A stretch of 63,954 nucleotides of DNA, the filler included, from an uncultured Acidimicrobiia bacterium (lineage in GTDB: Bacteria; Actinomycetota; Acidimicrobiia; Spongiisociales; JAOTWH01), in the NCBI GenBank assembly GCA_964347285.1. It is 3 parts of 3 records of this genome, joined end to end, with 100 filler letters (N's around TTAATTAATTAA, not from the genome) between each part and the next. Parts side by side here need not be neighbours in the genome. Positions count along the whole stretch, not along the records: positions 1 to 29,960 come from CAYFYE010000018.1; 2 more parts are not named here. One strand, written 5' to 3'. Made by a program: the position numbers and the translations under genes. Below the pieces are notes generated by a model. It did not search any database, was not told the DNA's origin, and was given only the letters and a program-made list of their open reading frames with translations. Of this stretch, positions 9,024 to 17,460 are shown one piece after another; within the stretch, counting starts at the first letter, position 1; each line of letters starts with the position of its first letter.

Positions 9024-9738
9024 CGACCCCTCCCAGCTGTGGGGCGGTGACCGCGCTCCCGGCGATAGCCGCCTCGTTGCGGACGAGTGCCACTTCGACC
9101 TCGTCCTCGAGGCGGGCCAGTTCGAGGCGCCTCAGCAGCAGCGCCACGTACAGCATGAGGAAGGCGACGAGCGCGAAGAAGAACGCGGCCAGGAAGGGGG
9201 GGTCCATCTGCAGTCCGCCGGGACGCACCAGCGTGGGCTGCTGGTGGAGCGTCCGCCACCAGATCACCGAGAAGTGCACCAGCGGGATCTGGACGATGGC
9301 CAGCACGCCGAACACCGCCGCCCGCTGGGCCCGGACGCGTGGGTCGGTGAGGCTACGGCGCAGGGCCAGGTAGCCGAGGTAGACGAAGAACAGCACCGCG
9401 GTGAGGACGAGGCGGGCGTCCCAGGTCCACCACACCCCCCAGGTGGGCTTGCCCCAGATCATCCCGGTGAGGATGGCCGTTCCCGTGAATACGACGCCCA
9501 CCTCGGCGGAGGCTCCGGCCAGCCGATCCCAGCGCAGATCTTTGCGCAGCAGATAGGCGGCGCTGCCTGCCATGGTCACTGCAAAGGCGAGATACGCCAA
9601 GAAGATCGACGGGACGTGCACGAACAGCATCCGGGCCAGGTCGCCCTGGGTCTCCTCTGGAGGGACGAACACGGCGGCGATGAGGGCGGAGAGCACGGCG
9701 GCCACCGCCGCTACCTCGACCAACCGGCGCCGCGTCAT
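9016..9738 (-). CDS. ccmC: Heme exporter CcmC
   Basis: FVHVP, WWD motif WGKPTWGVWWTWDARL, WWRTLHQ. Confidence 0.94.
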   Translation of the reverse strand: MTRRRLVEVAAVAAVLSALIAAVFVPPEETQGDLARMLFVHVPSIFLAYLAFAVTMAGSAAYLLRKDLRWDRLAGASAEVGVVFTGTAILTGMIWGKPTWGVWWTWDARLVLTAVLFFVYLGYLALRRSLTDPRVRAQRAAVFGVLAIVQIPLVHFSVIWWRTLHQQPTLVRPGGLQMDPPFLAAFFFALVAFLMLYVALLLRRLELARLEDEVEVALVRNEAAIAGSAVTAPQLGGVDG

Positions 9739-10421
9739 CTGTTGACCTCCTGGAGTGGGCGAGCCGTCGTCACCCCTGCGATGGCGAGGATGAGGTTCAT
9801 CGTCACCAGCAGGAGAATCCAGCCAAGGATACTTTCGCTCAGGCGCAATCCCTCCAGAGCCTGGGTGGCGCCCAACAGGAGGGGGATGGCCAGTGGGGCG
9901 ACGAGCAGGGGCACCAGGGCCGCTCCGGACCGGGCCCGTATCACCACCCCTCCGGCCAGCGTGCCCAGCTGGCCCAGTCCGCCGGCCACCAGCGGGATGA
10001 GCACGAACAGCCACGGCCACCCCGTGATCCGGGCGTCGTACAGGGCCAGGGCCACCGGGAGCAACAGCGCTTCGAACGCCAGCAGGAGGATCGTGTTGGC
10101 GCCGGCCTGGCCCACGTAGCGAGCAGCCGGATCGATGCCGAGCATGCCGAGCAGATCACGCTGGGCCTCGGCATCGGCGGCACTCTGGCGCAGGGCCACC
10201 AGCATTCCGAACAGCAACACCACCGACCAGTAGATGCCCGGCCCGATACGGCGCAGCAGTGGTACGTCCACCCCGACGGCGAAGGGAATCAGCATGAGGG
10301 CGATGGCGCCGAAGGGGATCGTCACCGCCACCACCTCGCCCCGGCGCCACTCGGTACGCAGGTCCTTCCGGGCGATGATCGCCGCCTGCGTCCAAAACGA
10401 GACCTCGGCGGCAGCCTGCAT
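9735..10421 (-). CDS. ccmB: Heme exporter CcmB
   Basis: KDLRTEWR, six TM helices, LVPLLVAPLAIPLL; position in the ccm operon. Confidence 0.88.
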   Translation of the reverse strand: MQAAAEVSFWTQAAIIARKDLRTEWRRGEVVAVTIPFGAIALMLIPFAVGVDVPLLRRIGPGIYWSVVLLFGMLVALRQSAADAEAQRDLLGMLGIDPAARYVGQAGANTILLLAFEALLLPVALALYDARITGWPWLFVLIPLVAGGLGQLGTLAGGVVIRARSGAALVPLLVAPLAIPLLLGATQALEGLRLSESILGWILLLVTMNLILAIAGVTTARPLQEVNR

Positions 10422-11068
10422 CAGGCGATCTCCCAGAGCTTGCCGTCGTTGAGCTCGAGCATGCGGTCGGACAGCGGAGCCGTCCAGTCTTCCTGGTGCG
10501 ATACGACCAGGGCGCCCCCCCGGCGGGCCTGCACGGTCTTGACCACGTGATCGACCAGCTCGACTGCGGCGGGATCGAGGCCGGCGTGGGCCTCGTCGAA
10601 GAGGAGCAAGTCGGGCTCGAGCAGAAGGATGCGGGCGAACTCGGCGCGACGCTGCATGCCGAACGAGCACTCGGAGGCACGCCGGCCGGAAGCCCGCGAC
10701 AGCCCTACGGCATCGAGCACCTCCTTCACCCGCCGCTCGCCCTGGCGGACGAAGCGGGCCACGAAGGCGGTGTTTTCGGCAAGGGTCAGCTCCGGGTAGA
10801 GGGCGGGGCCGTGTCCGATGAGACCGATGCGGCGGCGCACGTCGAGCCGGTTCTCGTTCTTCAGCTCGACGCCGAGGACCGAACCGGTTCCCTCGTCGGG
10901 CCGGAGCAGGGTGGCGGCGACTCGCAGGAGTGTGGTCTTGCCCGAGCCGTTGGACCCGCGTATCCCGATGACCTCGCCGGGGACCAGTTCGAGGTCGAGC
11001 CCGCGCAGCACGGGTGTACGACCGAGGCGCACACCGACGCCGCTGAGAGAGAGAAGCGGGGGAGCCAC
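10421..11068 (-). CDS. ccmA: Heme exporter ATP-binding protein CcmA
   Basis: GSNGSGKTT, CSFGMQRR signature, LLFDE; GTG start after TACAAT. Confidence 0.9.
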   Translation of the reverse strand: MAPPLLSLSGVGVRLGRTPVLRGLDLELVPGEVIGIRGSNGSGKTTLLRVAATLLRPDEGTGSVLGVELKNENRLDVRRRIGLIGHGPALYPELTLAENTAFVARFVRQGERRVKEVLDAVGLSRASGRRASECSFGMQRRAEFARILLLEPDLLLFDEAHAGLDPAAVELVDHVVKTVQARRGGALVVSHQEDWTAPLSDRMLELNDGKLWEIA

Positions 11069-11127
11069 GGGGCGATTGTACCGGGGGGTGGGGGGCGATC
11101 CCCGGTCGTGCCGGGGCGGCCGGGTAG

Positions 11128-11829
11128 TCACAGAGGGCGGGGCTGTTCCCGGCGGGTCCGGATGAGGATCCACGCTAGAGCCGCCAAACCGACCGCCAGG
11201 GCCGCGACGTACCAGACGACCGGGCGGTTGCCCAGCGACGGGCGCAGGGGTTCGGTGGCCAGGCGGATGGCTCCGGCCAGGGCCAGTCCGAGGGCGGCGA
11301 CCGCCCCGAGGGGCGGAACCCTGCGCTTCCAGGCGATGAGGACCACGACCGCTGCTGCGAAGAGAAGTGCGGTGTAGATCCCCTCAGGATGCCGAGTGAC
11401 TTCGCCGTTGCCCACGGCCATCGCCCACGGCAGGTCGGAGGGGGTACCGTGGCAGGCATCGCGCACCAGGCATCCGGCGTGCCAGCCCGCCAATCCGGCC
11501 AGGGCGGCGGCGGCGACGCCGTCGGCGGCGGCGCCGATCTCGCCCCGGACCAGCACGGCGAAGCTCCCCAGGGCGGCCACCGCTGCCCAGCCGGTGGCGA
11601 CGCCGGCCCTGACGATGAGGATGTCACCGGGATGGCTGATCGGGTTGACGCCGTCACCGATCATCGCCGCCAGGCGGCCCACGACCAGGCCGATGAACCC
11701 GGCAGACAAAGCGAGGTCCCACAGGTCCCTGGTGCACTCGGCGGCGTTGCCGCGCCTCACCTCCCACCACAGCACCCCGTACAGCAGCGCCACGCCGACC
11801 GCGGCGGCGCCGAGCAGCGAGAACTCCAT
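11128..11829 (-). CDS. Prolipoprotein diacylglyceryl transferase (Lgt)-like membrane protein
   Basis: VGRL, GC.....C.G.PSDLPWAM, RHP..IY, R...E.LR motifs of the Lgt family. Confidence 0.7.
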   Translation of the reverse strand: MEFSLLGAAAVGVALLYGVLWWEVRRGNAAECTRDLWDLALSAGFIGLVVGRLAAMIGDGVNPISHPGDILIVRAGVATGWAAVAALGSFAVLVRGEIGAAADGVAAAALAGLAGWHAGCLVRDACHGTPSDLPWAMAVGNGEVTRHPEGIYTALLFAAAVVVLIAWKRRVPPLGAVAALGLALAGAIRLATEPLRPSLGNRPVVWYVAALAVGLAALAWILIRTRREQPRPL

Positions 11830-12317
11830 CAGGTAGACCTGACGAGCTCGTCGATGTGCAGCGCCAGGGTCCGCTCGTCGATGACGCCGCTGTGCAGATG
11901 GCTCAGGTCACCGCCGGGATGGAAGAAGAACGTCAGAGGAACGCCCCGTCCGCCGAGCGTTGCGGACACGTCGCCGGGTGGATCGGAGAAGTGCTCGAAG
12001 CCGGTCAGATCGAACTCGTCCAGGAACGCCCGGGAATCGGTCTGCCGGTCGCGGACGGCCACACCGACGAAACGGATCTCCTCGCCGAAGCGCCGATGGG
12101 CGGTGCGCAGGAGTGGGGCTTCGGAGCGGCACGGGATGCACCACGACGCCCAGATGTTGACCACGACCGGGCGCTCCGATTCGGCCAGAAGCGCCTCGAT
12201 CTCGGCGGGGCCGACTTCAGGAAGGGGAGCCCCCCCGGAGGGGCTGCCGGCCGGACCCGAGCACGAAGCAACCACGACCAGGATTGCCGCGGAGAGGAAT
12301 GGGGTGCGCCGGTGCAC
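11829..12317 (-). CDS. TlpA/ResA(CcmG)-like thiol-disulfide oxidoreductase lipoprotein
   Basis: Lipobox VASC, VVNIWASWCIPCRSEAP, GVPLTFF. Confidence 0.88.
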   Translation of the reverse strand: MHRRTPFLSAAILVVVASCSGPAGSPSGGAPLPEVGPAEIEALLAESERPVVVNIWASWCIPCRSEAPLLRTAHRRFGEEIRFVGVAVRDRQTDSRAFLDEFDLTGFEHFSDPPGDVSATLGGRGVPLTFFFHPGGDLSHLHSGVIDERTLALHIDELVRST

Positions 12318-12350
12318 CGCACCAGTGTATGGGCCGGTTCCGGGTAGCCC

Positions 12351-13101
12351 TCAGCCGTTCCGAAGCCAGAGCACCACCGGATCGTTCTCGGACGCCACGA
12401 CCCCGCCGGCCACCTCTTCCGTTATCGCCAATCCGGCGATCTCTCCAGTGACCTGGAACGGGGACACGCCCGGATCAGGCCCGAGGACTCCGGCCGATAC
12501 GACGGTCGTGCCCACGATCGCCCACAGCTGGTAGGTGCGGTCTGGGGACAGGGCCGGCAGGCCGTCGGAGATCAGATAGCCCACGCCGTCGGCCTGGAGG
12601 ACGATCGTGGCCTCGGCTTCCGGCACCTCTTCGGGAGCGGTGAGCGTGACGACCTCCGAGCCCGGCGCCGCCAGGGCGGCGCCGGCGGCCTGGGCCAGAC
12701 GGTCCCCCTCGAGTTCGGCGCGGAACTCGTCCAGCCGGCTCTCCTGCTGGGCCACCCTCACCCCGAGTACGGCGACGGCCACCGCGGCCGCCGCCGCGAA
12801 TGCGGTCACTGCCTGGAGCAGACGCCGCCGCCCTCCCAGCTTGGCCACCGGGGGCGAGCTCGAGTGGCGGCGGGACCTCCTCCAGTCGGGAGGCGATGGC
12901 CGTCCACATCGCGGCCGGGGCCTCTTCACGGTTCGAGAGGGCGGCGGCGATGGTCGCCATGGTCGCCCGATAGTCGTCGACCTCGGCTTGCTGGTCGAGA
13001 TTTTCGGCAAGGTGAGCTTCGACCCTGGTTCTCTCCCAATCTTCGACGGCGTCGAGGGCGTATGGGGCGAGGAGGTCGTCGATCGCGCCGAGGTTGCTCA
13101 T
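12351..13101 (-). pseudogene. rskA: Anti-sigma-K factor RskA, frameshifted
   Basis: N-terminal LLAPYALDAV...EAHL (ORF 12475-13101) joins TM + RskA C domain (YQLWAI, AITEE..GG) in another frame; +1 base in a C5 run near 12850. Confidence 0.75.
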
Positions 13102-13710
13102 GTGCTCACCATCCCGGCTTCGGCCAACTCGGTCCTCAGCTTGCGCAGCCCGGACCTGATCCGACTCTTCACGGTTCCTTCCGGCTGGTCGAGGGAGCGG
13201 GCCACCTGCTGGTAGGTCTGGCCCCCGAAGTAGGCCAGCTCGATGGCGTGTCGCTCACCGTCGCTGAGGGTCTCCAGCGCCTCTCGCACCTGAGCCGAGG
13301 CAACCCGCGACCACACCTCTCCCTCGACGTCCTGGCCCCCCCTCCGGCGCCAGCTTCGCCTGGCGCTCTTCGCGGCCGCGCCGGGCGCCCTCGGCTCGAA
13401 TGAGGTCCACGCTGCGGCCGTGGGTGTCGGCCAGCAGGAACGAGCGCAGTGAGCCCCGGTTCACGTCGAACCGCTCCGGCCTGTCCCACAGGCGCAAGAA
13501 GACCTCCTGGGTGACCTCTTCGGCCAGGGAGGGGTTGCGCAGCAGCCGCTGGGCCAGTGCATACACGCTTCCGCCGTGTCGTCGGTACGTCTCAGCCAGG
13601 GCCTCGGGGTGCCAGCGGCCGACCGCCACCACCAGCGTACCGTCGCTCGCCCGGCGCAATTCTCGCTCGGTCATCTCCGGGGTATTCGGCGCCGGGGGGG
13701 GATTCGACAT
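13098..13710 (-). pseudogene. sigK: ECF sigma factor SigK-like, frameshifted
   Basis: Region 2 (AEEVTQEVFLRLW..PERFD..RGS) and region 4 (LAYFGGQTY..VA..L..PEGTVKSRIRSGL) lie in different frames; +1 G in a G7 run at 13336-13342. Confidence 0.78.
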
Positions 13711-13734
13711 GCCGGAAACTCTAGGATTCCGAAA

Positions 13735-13761
13735 TCATCCAATTCGGCCGTGACGCCGAAC
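13735..13761 (+). promoter_or_regulatory. Putative SigK-dependent promoter
   Basis: TCATCC-N15-CCGAAC, resembling the mycobacterial SigK consensus (CATCC-N15-CCGAA), upstream of the DUF4397 gene and divergent from sigK. Confidence 0.65.
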
Positions 13762-13793
13762 ATTGGGGCAGTAGAGCGCGCAGGAGGAGAGAG

Positions 13794-14597
13794 ATGCGCA
13801 GGATTGCACTGGTGGCGCTGACCGTGACGGCGCTGGGCGCCCTCGGCGGCGTGGCCGTAGCCCAAAACACGAGCCTGGTGACCGTCGTCCACGGCGTCCC
13901 CGGTCTCACCGTCGACATCTACGTCAACGGCGAGCTGACCATCGAGGGATTTGCGCCGGGAGACATCGCCGGGCCGCTGGAACTCCCGGCCGGGAACTAC
14001 GACTTCGCCATCACGGCGGCCGGCGACCCCATCGACAATGCGGTACTCGAGGGTTCGGCATCACTGCCCAGCGGCATCAACGCCACGGTGGTCGCCCACC
14101 TCGACGCCGACGGCAACCCGGCGGTGGCAACGTTCGTCAACGACACATCGGAGACCGACGCAGGAGAAGGCCGTCTCGTGGTCCGTCACCTGGCCGCCGC
14201 CCCCACCGTCGACATCCTCCTGGAGGATGGGACCGAGGTGTTCACCGGGGTCTCCAACCCAAATGAGGGAGCGGTCGATCTGGCCGCCGGCACCTACTCC
14301 GTCGTCATCGCACCTGCCGGCGCGGGGGTGGATGGCGGCGTGTTCGGGCCCGCCGACCTCGCAGTAGAGGAGGGCACGGTTCGGATCGTCTACGCGACCG
14401 GCGATCTCGAGGCGGGCACCTTCGACCTGGTGATTCAAGACATCCAGGCGGCCGCGGCGGCGGCGCCCGAAGCCGTTCCTGCCGGCTCCGGGGACCTGGC
14501 CGGATCCGGCGTGAATCCGTGGCTGGTGACACTGAGCGTGTTGGCGGCCCTCGGGCTGGCCGTCTCCGCTCGCATCGCATTTGCCCGCAATCGGTAG
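13794..14597 (+). CDS. DUF4397-domain secreted protein with C-terminal sorting signal
   Basis: Signal peptide, VVHGVPGLTVDIYVNG and VRHLAAAPTVDI repeats, VPAGSG + TM + RNR tail. Confidence 0.85.
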   Translation: MRRIALVALTVTALGALGGVAVAQNTSLVTVVHGVPGLTVDIYVNGELTIEGFAPGDIAGPLELPAGNYDFAITAAGDPIDNAVLEGSASLPSGINATVVAHLDADGNPAVATFVNDTSETDAGEGRLVVRHLAAAPTVDILLEDGTEVFTGVSNPNEGAVDLAAGTYSVVIAPAGAGVDGGVFGPADLAVEEGTVRIVYATGDLEAGTFDLVIQDIQAAAAAAPEAVPAGSGDLAGSGVNPWLVTLSVLAALGLAVSARIAFARNR

Positions 14598-14687
14598 GAG
14601 CCCGGCATGCGCTCGGAGGGACCGCCTCGGGCGGTCTCTCCGGCGCTCGGCTGTTCTGGGTACCGGTCTCGAAAGCGTAGAGTGGTC

Positions 14688-15440
14688 ATGCAGATGTCTG
14701 GTCGATTAGCACTCGTGGTCGCCGCCGGGTGCGCTTTCGTGCTTGCCGGGGCGCTGGCCGGTTTGTCGGCCGACCTCGATGGTGTATCGGCCCACGTCGT
14801 CGAGCCCTCGGGCGTGGTGCCCGGTCCGACCGTGGATGTCAACCGCGTCGGAGCAGAGGCCCGGGATCCGGGAGAGACAGCCCGGCCGGCGGAGTGGCCG
14901 GAAGGGCCGGCACGGCGTCCCGAGGTCCCCGTGCGCAACGGATTCATCGGAGAGCTGGAGCCCGACCGGGGCCCCGCGCCGGTCCGCCTCCACGTGGGCA
15001 CCCTCTCCATCGATGCCCCAATTGAGCCGGTCGGCTACGACGCCGAAGCCGAAGCAATGGAAGTGCCCCGCTCGGCCGACGTCGTGGGTTGGTATCGTTT
15101 CGGGCCCTTGCCCGGGGAGCAGGGATCTTCGGTCCTGGCCGGCCACGTCGACTGGAACGGACGGGGAGTGTTCTTCGACCTGTATCTCCTCGAGGTCGGC
15201 ACGGTTATGACCGTGGACTACGACGACGGATCCAAGCGCCGCTTCGAGGTGGTGGCCAGCCGCCAATACCGGAAGGAGCGGCTTCCCATCGACGATCTGT
15301 TCAGGCGGGATGGAGAGCCGGTGCTGGCGCTGATCACCTGTGGTGGCTCGTTTGACCGGGCTACGCGGAGCTACACCGAGAACGTGGTGGTCTACGCCCG
15401 GCCCTTCGATTCCTGGAAACGGTCTGCCTCGGCCGCCTGA
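14688..15440 (+). CDS. Class F sortase
   Basis: N-terminal TM, VGWY..GP.PG..GS.VLAGHVD, LITCGG.F......Y..NVVVYA. Confidence 0.9.
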   Translation: MQMSGRLALVVAAGCAFVLAGALAGLSADLDGVSAHVVEPSGVVPGPTVDVNRVGAEARDPGETARPAEWPEGPARRPEVPVRNGFIGELEPDRGPAPVRLHVGTLSIDAPIEPVGYDAEAEAMEVPRSADVVGWYRFGPLPGEQGSSVLAGHVDWNGRGVFFDLYLLEVGTVMTVDYDDGSKRRFEVVASRQYRKERLPIDDLFRRDGEPVLALITCGGSFDRATRSYTENVVVYARPFDSWKRSASAA

Positions 15441-15443
15441 GCA

Positions 15444-17426
15444 TCAGCCCCGGTACCGGCGGATCGCCGCCGCCATGTCCGCGGCGTTCACCGCCAAGGC
15501 CGAGGCGTCGCGGCGCAGGGCGTTCAAGGCCGCTTCCCGCAGCGCCCCGGCCAGATCGGCGAACGAGAACCCCTCGGTGGCTTCGACCACCGCATCCAGG
15601 TCGACGCCGGGGTCGAACGGCACGTCGGTGATGTCGAGCAGCGCCCGCCTCCCTTCGGGGCCGGGGAGACCGAGTTCGATGTGCACTTCGAACCGGCCGC
15701 CCCGCAGCAGGGCAGGGTCGATGAGATCCTTGCGGTTCGTGGCCCCGATCACCACGATGTCGCCTCGGCCGGAGACCCCGTCCAGCTCGGTGAGCAGGGC
15801 GGCCACTACCGAATCGCTCACGGTCGTCGTGCTCCGCCCCCGGACCGGGGCCAGCGCGTCGACTTCGTCGAAGAACAGGATGGCCGGGGCCACCGCCCGG
15901 GCCCGGGCAAACACCTCCCGCACCCCTCGTTCCGACTCGCCGACGAACTTGTCGAGCAGTTCCGCCCCCTTGACGGCGAAGAAGGCGGCACCGGACTCGT
16001 GGGCCAGGGCCCGGACCACGAAGGTCTTGCCGGTGCCCGGTGGACCATGCAAGAGAATCCCCCGCGGTGGCTCGATGTTCATTCGTTCGAAACGAGCCGG
16101 ATCGGTCATCGGCCAGATGACCGCTTCGGTGAGGCGCTGCTTGACCTCGGCGAGATCGGCCACCCGTTCGAATCCGTAGGTTGGTACTTCACCGAGCTGG
16201 ACGGTGCCCAGGGACGGGATGGTCTCTTCGACGGCCTCCACCATGGTCTCCTGGCTCACCCGGGCTCCGCTGCGAGCCACCTTGGCCGAGGCATGCACGA
16301 CGGCGGCCAGGATGTCGACTCCCGAGAACCCGGCGGTCCGGGCGGCCAGCTGGTCGTAGTCGATTTCCGCGTGGGGCACCCGGGCCAGGCCGGCTTCGAA
16401 CAACATCCGGCGACGGTCGACGTCGGGAGGAGGAATCGACAGGCTCCGGGGGAGCAGCGGCGACCGGGTGATGCTGGCATCGAGGCGGGCGGCCGACGAG
16501 ACACCCAGCACGCAGGCCAGACGGGGCCGCTCGGCCACGGCGTCGAGGAACCAGCGCAGGATGGCGGCGGTCTGGGTGCGGAACATGCCTTCCTCACCGG
16601 CGACCGACTCCAGCCGGTCGAGGAACACCACCCCCGGCGTCGGAGATCCCTTGGCCGCCTTTTCCAGCGAATCGAGGAGCCGCTCCGGCTTGAAGACCAG
16701 CTCGAGCGATAGCTCGGTCACGGTCGCCCCGGCTTGCTCGGCGGCGGCGCTCACGAGTTCGGACTTGCCGACGCCGGCCGGGCCTTCGAGGAGCACGCCG
16801 GCGACCCGCGGCAGCCCCCACGCCGCCGGGAGGTCGGCCGGCGAGGTGAGCAGGGCCAGCCATCCGGCCAGCGCCTCGAGCTCGGCGTCGAGGCCGGCGA
16901 GCAATGCCTCCGAGGTTGTAGGGATCGTCGTGGGCGCCGCCCTCGGTTCCTTCGAGACCGCCGTGGCCGCCTCCCCGGCGGCCACCACCACGGTGGCGCC
17001 GCCCACCAGCGCTGGTCCGGTCGGGTCGACGGCGGCTATCCGGAGCTCGATCACCTCATCGGGGCCCCCGGCAGCGTAGGCGGAGTCCACCGCCACGGTG
17101 TCGCCCGGTGTGACCGGCATCCCCTGGAGGGCGTGCGCAATGGCCTGTGCGTCCAGGGGAAGAGTGTCGCCCTCGAGGACGACCCGGCCCGCCGGCGGCA
17201 GCAAGGCCCGGACGGCGTCGACGGTATCGCCGTCGGAGCATCCGGCGTTGGCCATGGTCCGGGGCCCGAGGGTGAGGGCGGTGGGCTGGGGAGGCTGGCC
17301 GGGACGGACCACCACGTGGGTCTTGCCCACCTTGACGACGCCGCCGCCGGGGAGGCCCATGGCCGCCAGGAGGGTGGAGTCGGCCTGGGCGAATGGATCG
17401 GATCCCGGTCGGACGACAAAGCGCAT
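15444..17426 (-). CDS. Cdc48/VCP-like double AAA+ ATPase (Cpa-like)
   Basis: N domain, D1 GPAGVGKS, D2 GPPGTGKT/LFFDEVD, GATNRKDLIDPALLRGGRF. Confidence 0.85.
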   Translation of the reverse strand: MRFVVRPGSDPFAQADSTLLAAMGLPGGGVVKVGKTHVVVRPGQPPQPTALTLGPRTMANAGCSDGDTVDAVRALLPPAGRVVLEGDTLPLDAQAIAHALQGMPVTPGDTVAVDSAYAAGGPDEVIELRIAAVDPTGPALVGGATVVVAAGEAATAVSKEPRAAPTTIPTTSEALLAGLDAELEALAGWLALLTSPADLPAAWGLPRVAGVLLEGPAGVGKSELVSAAAEQAGATVTELSLELVFKPERLLDSLEKAAKGSPTPGVVFLDRLESVAGEEGMFRTQTAAILRWFLDAVAERPRLACVLGVSSAARLDASITRSPLLPRSLSIPPPDVDRRRMLFEAGLARVPHAEIDYDQLAARTAGFSGVDILAAVVHASAKVARSGARVSQETMVEAVEETIPSLGTVQLGEVPTYGFERVADLAEVKQRLTEAVIWPMTDPARFERMNIEPPRGILLHGPPGTGKTFVVRALAHESGAAFFAVKGAELLDKFVGESERGVREVFARARAVAPAILFFDEVDALAPVRGRSTTTVSDSVVAALLTELDGVSGRGDIVVIGATNRKDLIDPALLRGGRFEVHIELGLPGPEGRRALLDITDVPFDPGVDLDAVVEATEGFSFADLAGALREAALNALRRDASALAVNAADMAAAIRRYRG

Positions 17427-17460
17427 GGGGGGAAGTTATCAGTTGCCGGTTGCCGGCTGC

